Positions 16,274 through 18,186 of a stretch of DNA of 18,186 nt are shown here, one piece after another. A program made the position numbers and the translations under genes. Within the stretch, counting starts at the first letter, position 1; each line of letters opens with the position of its first letter. The notes under the pieces are model-generated. The model was not told the DNA's origin, made no database searches, and worked only from the letters and a program-made list of their open reading frames with translations. The stretch covers positions 1 through 18,186 of the forward strand of contig JAPDJY010000083.1 of NCBI GenBank assembly GCA_029258835.1. Reading direction: 5' to 3'. This stretch comes from Thermoproteota archaeon (lineage in GTDB: Archaea > Asgardarchaeota > Jordiarchaeia > Jordiarchaeales > Freyrarchaeaceae).

Positions 16274-16945
16274 TTAGGTTTGGAGGAGTTGTTGTTTGAG
16301 GGTGTTTGGTGAGGTTATCCAGTAGAGTTTTCTTTGCTTTTCGTATATGTATATGAGGGGTGTTTTGTGTTTTTCTGCTTGCTTGTATAGGGCTATTGTG
16401 GCTGGTTTTGTGGCTGAGGTGCAGTCTGCGATTACCTTGTAGTTTTTGACGAGTTCTTCCAGTTTTGGCTGGATGCATGCTTCGACTTTCTCGACGTTTG
16501 TGATGTCCTCTTCCGTCATTAGGAGCCATTCCACGTCTAGGTGTATGAGCCCCTCCCAGTCTGTGACCGCCCTGTACGTTGTGGCTACGACTATCTTCTC
16601 AGGGTTGATCCCCTCTTCTCGTAGGAGTTTGATGGCGGTTTCGGTTTCAGCCTCCGCTCTCCCCGTCCTTTCCCCTAGGAGCCCCATGTAGGCGTAGCTG
16701 CAGGGTGCGTCGAAAAGGTAGCATATGGGCGTCTTGAGTACAAGCCTAACCATTCCCTTCGTCTTGGTTATGAAGCCGTTTCTCTCAAGTATTCTAAGGT
16801 TGTACTCTAAGGTTGATTTCGCTATCCCGGTTTCTCTGGCGAGGCGACTTAGGCTGGCTTCCCCTCCGCTCAGGGCTAGCGCCCTCATTAATGCCCTAAC
16901 TTTCCTCCTGCGAAGGAGCCCGTAGTTCACCTCCAACCCGCCCAC
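16274..16945 (-). CDS. Winged-HTH (ArsR/IclR-like) + CARF domain protein, putative cOA-responsive transcription regulator
   Basis: N-terminal LSRLARETGIAKSTLEYNLRILERNGFI (wHTH). C-terminal Rossmann-like domain with YMGLLG, IVVATT and IADCTSATKPATIALY...PLIYI (CARF motif II, D-x-T-x-x-x-K). The start may be TTG 16936 after GGAGGTG. Confidence 0.82.
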   Translation of the reverse strand: MGGLEVNYGLLRRRKVRALMRALALSGGEASLSRLARETGIAKSTLEYNLRILERNGFITKTKGMVRLVLKTPICYLFDAPCSYAYMGLLGERTGRAEAETETAIKLLREEGINPEKIVVATTYRAVTDWEGLIHLDVEWLLMTEEDITNVEKVEACIQPKLEELVKNYKVIADCTSATKPATIALYKQAEKHKTPLIYIYEKQRKLYWITSPNTLKQQLLQT

Positions 16946-16949
16946 CTCC

Positions 16950-17851
16950 CATAGATCTCAAGGTGTTTTGCTGTGCCTGCCAGCTCCCCGTCACGGCGTC
17001 ATTTGCCCGTTCTTTCATCCTGCCATTTTCGCGTGTCCATATTTCTCCTGTTTGCCCCCAGAGCACCATCCCAGCTTCTATTGGACGTACTTCTCCTTCC
17101 TTTTCCTCTGCCCATCCAAGCCTTATGGCGTGGTTCACCGTCCTTTCCCCATACCTCTTTTCGAGTGCTTCTCTCACCGTCAACCCCCCATCCGTTAGTT
17201 GCCCTATTAACTCTGTTAAGCCTATCTCACCTCCTAAACCTGACGGTCACTGCCGGTATGCGTATAACCTTTCTAAAGCGTTCGTGCACGTAGAAAACAG
17301 GAGCCCCCATCCCGGGGGAGTTGGCTGCAAGTATCGCTATAGCCGTCTCAGGCCTCCCTCCCGTCGCATGGACGAACACGGAGCCCCCCTGTACTGCCTT
17401 ACAATGGCTGTTACGGATTTGAAGAGGTTTGCCAGCCCATCCGTAAGCTTCTCCGGGTCGCCAAGCCCGCCCACCTTCAACGTGTCAGCAGAAACCCTCC
17501 TACCATACTCCTCAGCCAAAAGACGATCAATATACCGTTTAAGGACGGTAGCGCATAGCCCGCCGACCCTCATGCCGGAGAAAAGCAGGCAAACCCACTG
17601 TTGCCTCCCTCTCTCATACTCCAACAAAAGGTCAAGGAAGGTGTTAAGCTCAGCGCTGGCATTCCTAGGGCTTCCAGAAACAAACTCCAGCAACCTGCCG
17701 ACTAACTCATCCAACTCCATCTCCCACAGGAAGAACCCCTTTCCAAGTCAGGCAAACTAGCCTGTATGAGGCCAGCCCTCCGCGCATTCGCAACTATTGA
17801 GGCACCCACCAAAACCATGTGAGCAGACCCCCTCGCAAGAAACACCTCCAA
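16950..17851 (-). pseudogene. Disrupted APE2256/Sso1393 (Crn1)-family CARF protein with C-terminal wHTH-like segment
   Basis: Fragments in different frames: HMVLVGASIVAN (~17790-17820); SPRNASAELNTF...LFSG...GGLCATVLKRY (ORF 17337-17720); after a G6-run frameshift at ~17385, VFVHATGGRPETAIAILAAN...PVFYVHERFRKVIRIP; stop at 17227-17229; then LTVREALEKRYGERTVNHAIRLGW. These match the family motifs VG.S, SAELN, ATGG and YVHE.F. Confidence 0.8.
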
Positions 17852-18186
17852 CACCAAAAACTACCTGAAATAAAAGAATTACTCAAGAAACCTTCTCGCA
17901 AACAGTTTCTCAAAAAACCCTCCTAGTAAGCCGGATAAAAGCAAGCACAAATGTTTCCCCATTAGCTACACAAAACCAGCTAAATGCGTAATTCATCAAC
18001 AAGATGACCGGCAAATTTCGGGTGTTGTCAACTTAAGGGTTTTTCACCTCTAGTACCCTTTGCAGTCTCTGGGTGCGGGTTTTTCCCGGGGTTGGGGGTG
18101 GTGGATGACTGTCGAGGGAGTGGTGTGGTGTGGTTGTAGTAGAAGTCGTAGAGCCTGATGAAGGTGTGGGCTCCTCGAGCCCCTCG

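Noticed and set aside
16102-16299. 65-aa ORF with a hydrophobic C-terminus after csx3, a possible membrane effector
   Set aside because: The Phe/Leu run comes from the poly-T terminator tract, there is no ribosome-binding site, and it overlaps the convergent gene.
18144-18157. 14-nt inverted match (AGGCTCTACGACTT) to ~1036-1049, a possible island terminal inverted repeat
   Set aside because: The match is short, with no extension, no target-site duplication, and no transposase or integrase in the window.

Overview
Archaeal, probably thermophilic DNA (GGAGGTG-type ribosome-binding sites, TATA/BRE promoters) carrying a type III-B (Cmr) CRISPR-Cas locus next to the 5' end of a P-type cation ATPase. 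On the minus strand are cas6, a frameshifted CARF-like gene, a probable cas2 remnant and a CRISPR array. The array has 29 perfect 37-bp repeats plus 1 degenerate repeat and 29 spacers of 36-44 bp, with the leader on the right. On the plus strand is the operon cas10(cmr2)-cmr3-cmr4a-cmr5-[cmr4b::cmr5-like fusion]-cmr6-cmr1-csx3. Convergent on it are an intact wHTH-CARF gene and a multiply disrupted APE2256/Crn1-family CARF gene. The most unusual points are (i) a duplicated, diverged Cmr4/Cmr5 backbone with one copy fused into a single protein, and (ii) an intact GGDD cOA synthase and Csx3 ring nuclease whose only intact CARF receptor in the window is a DNA-binding wHTH-CARF protein. No Csx1/Csm6 nuclease and no cas1 are visible, and other accessory genes are decaying. 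All assignments are by motif recognition only; no searches were run.
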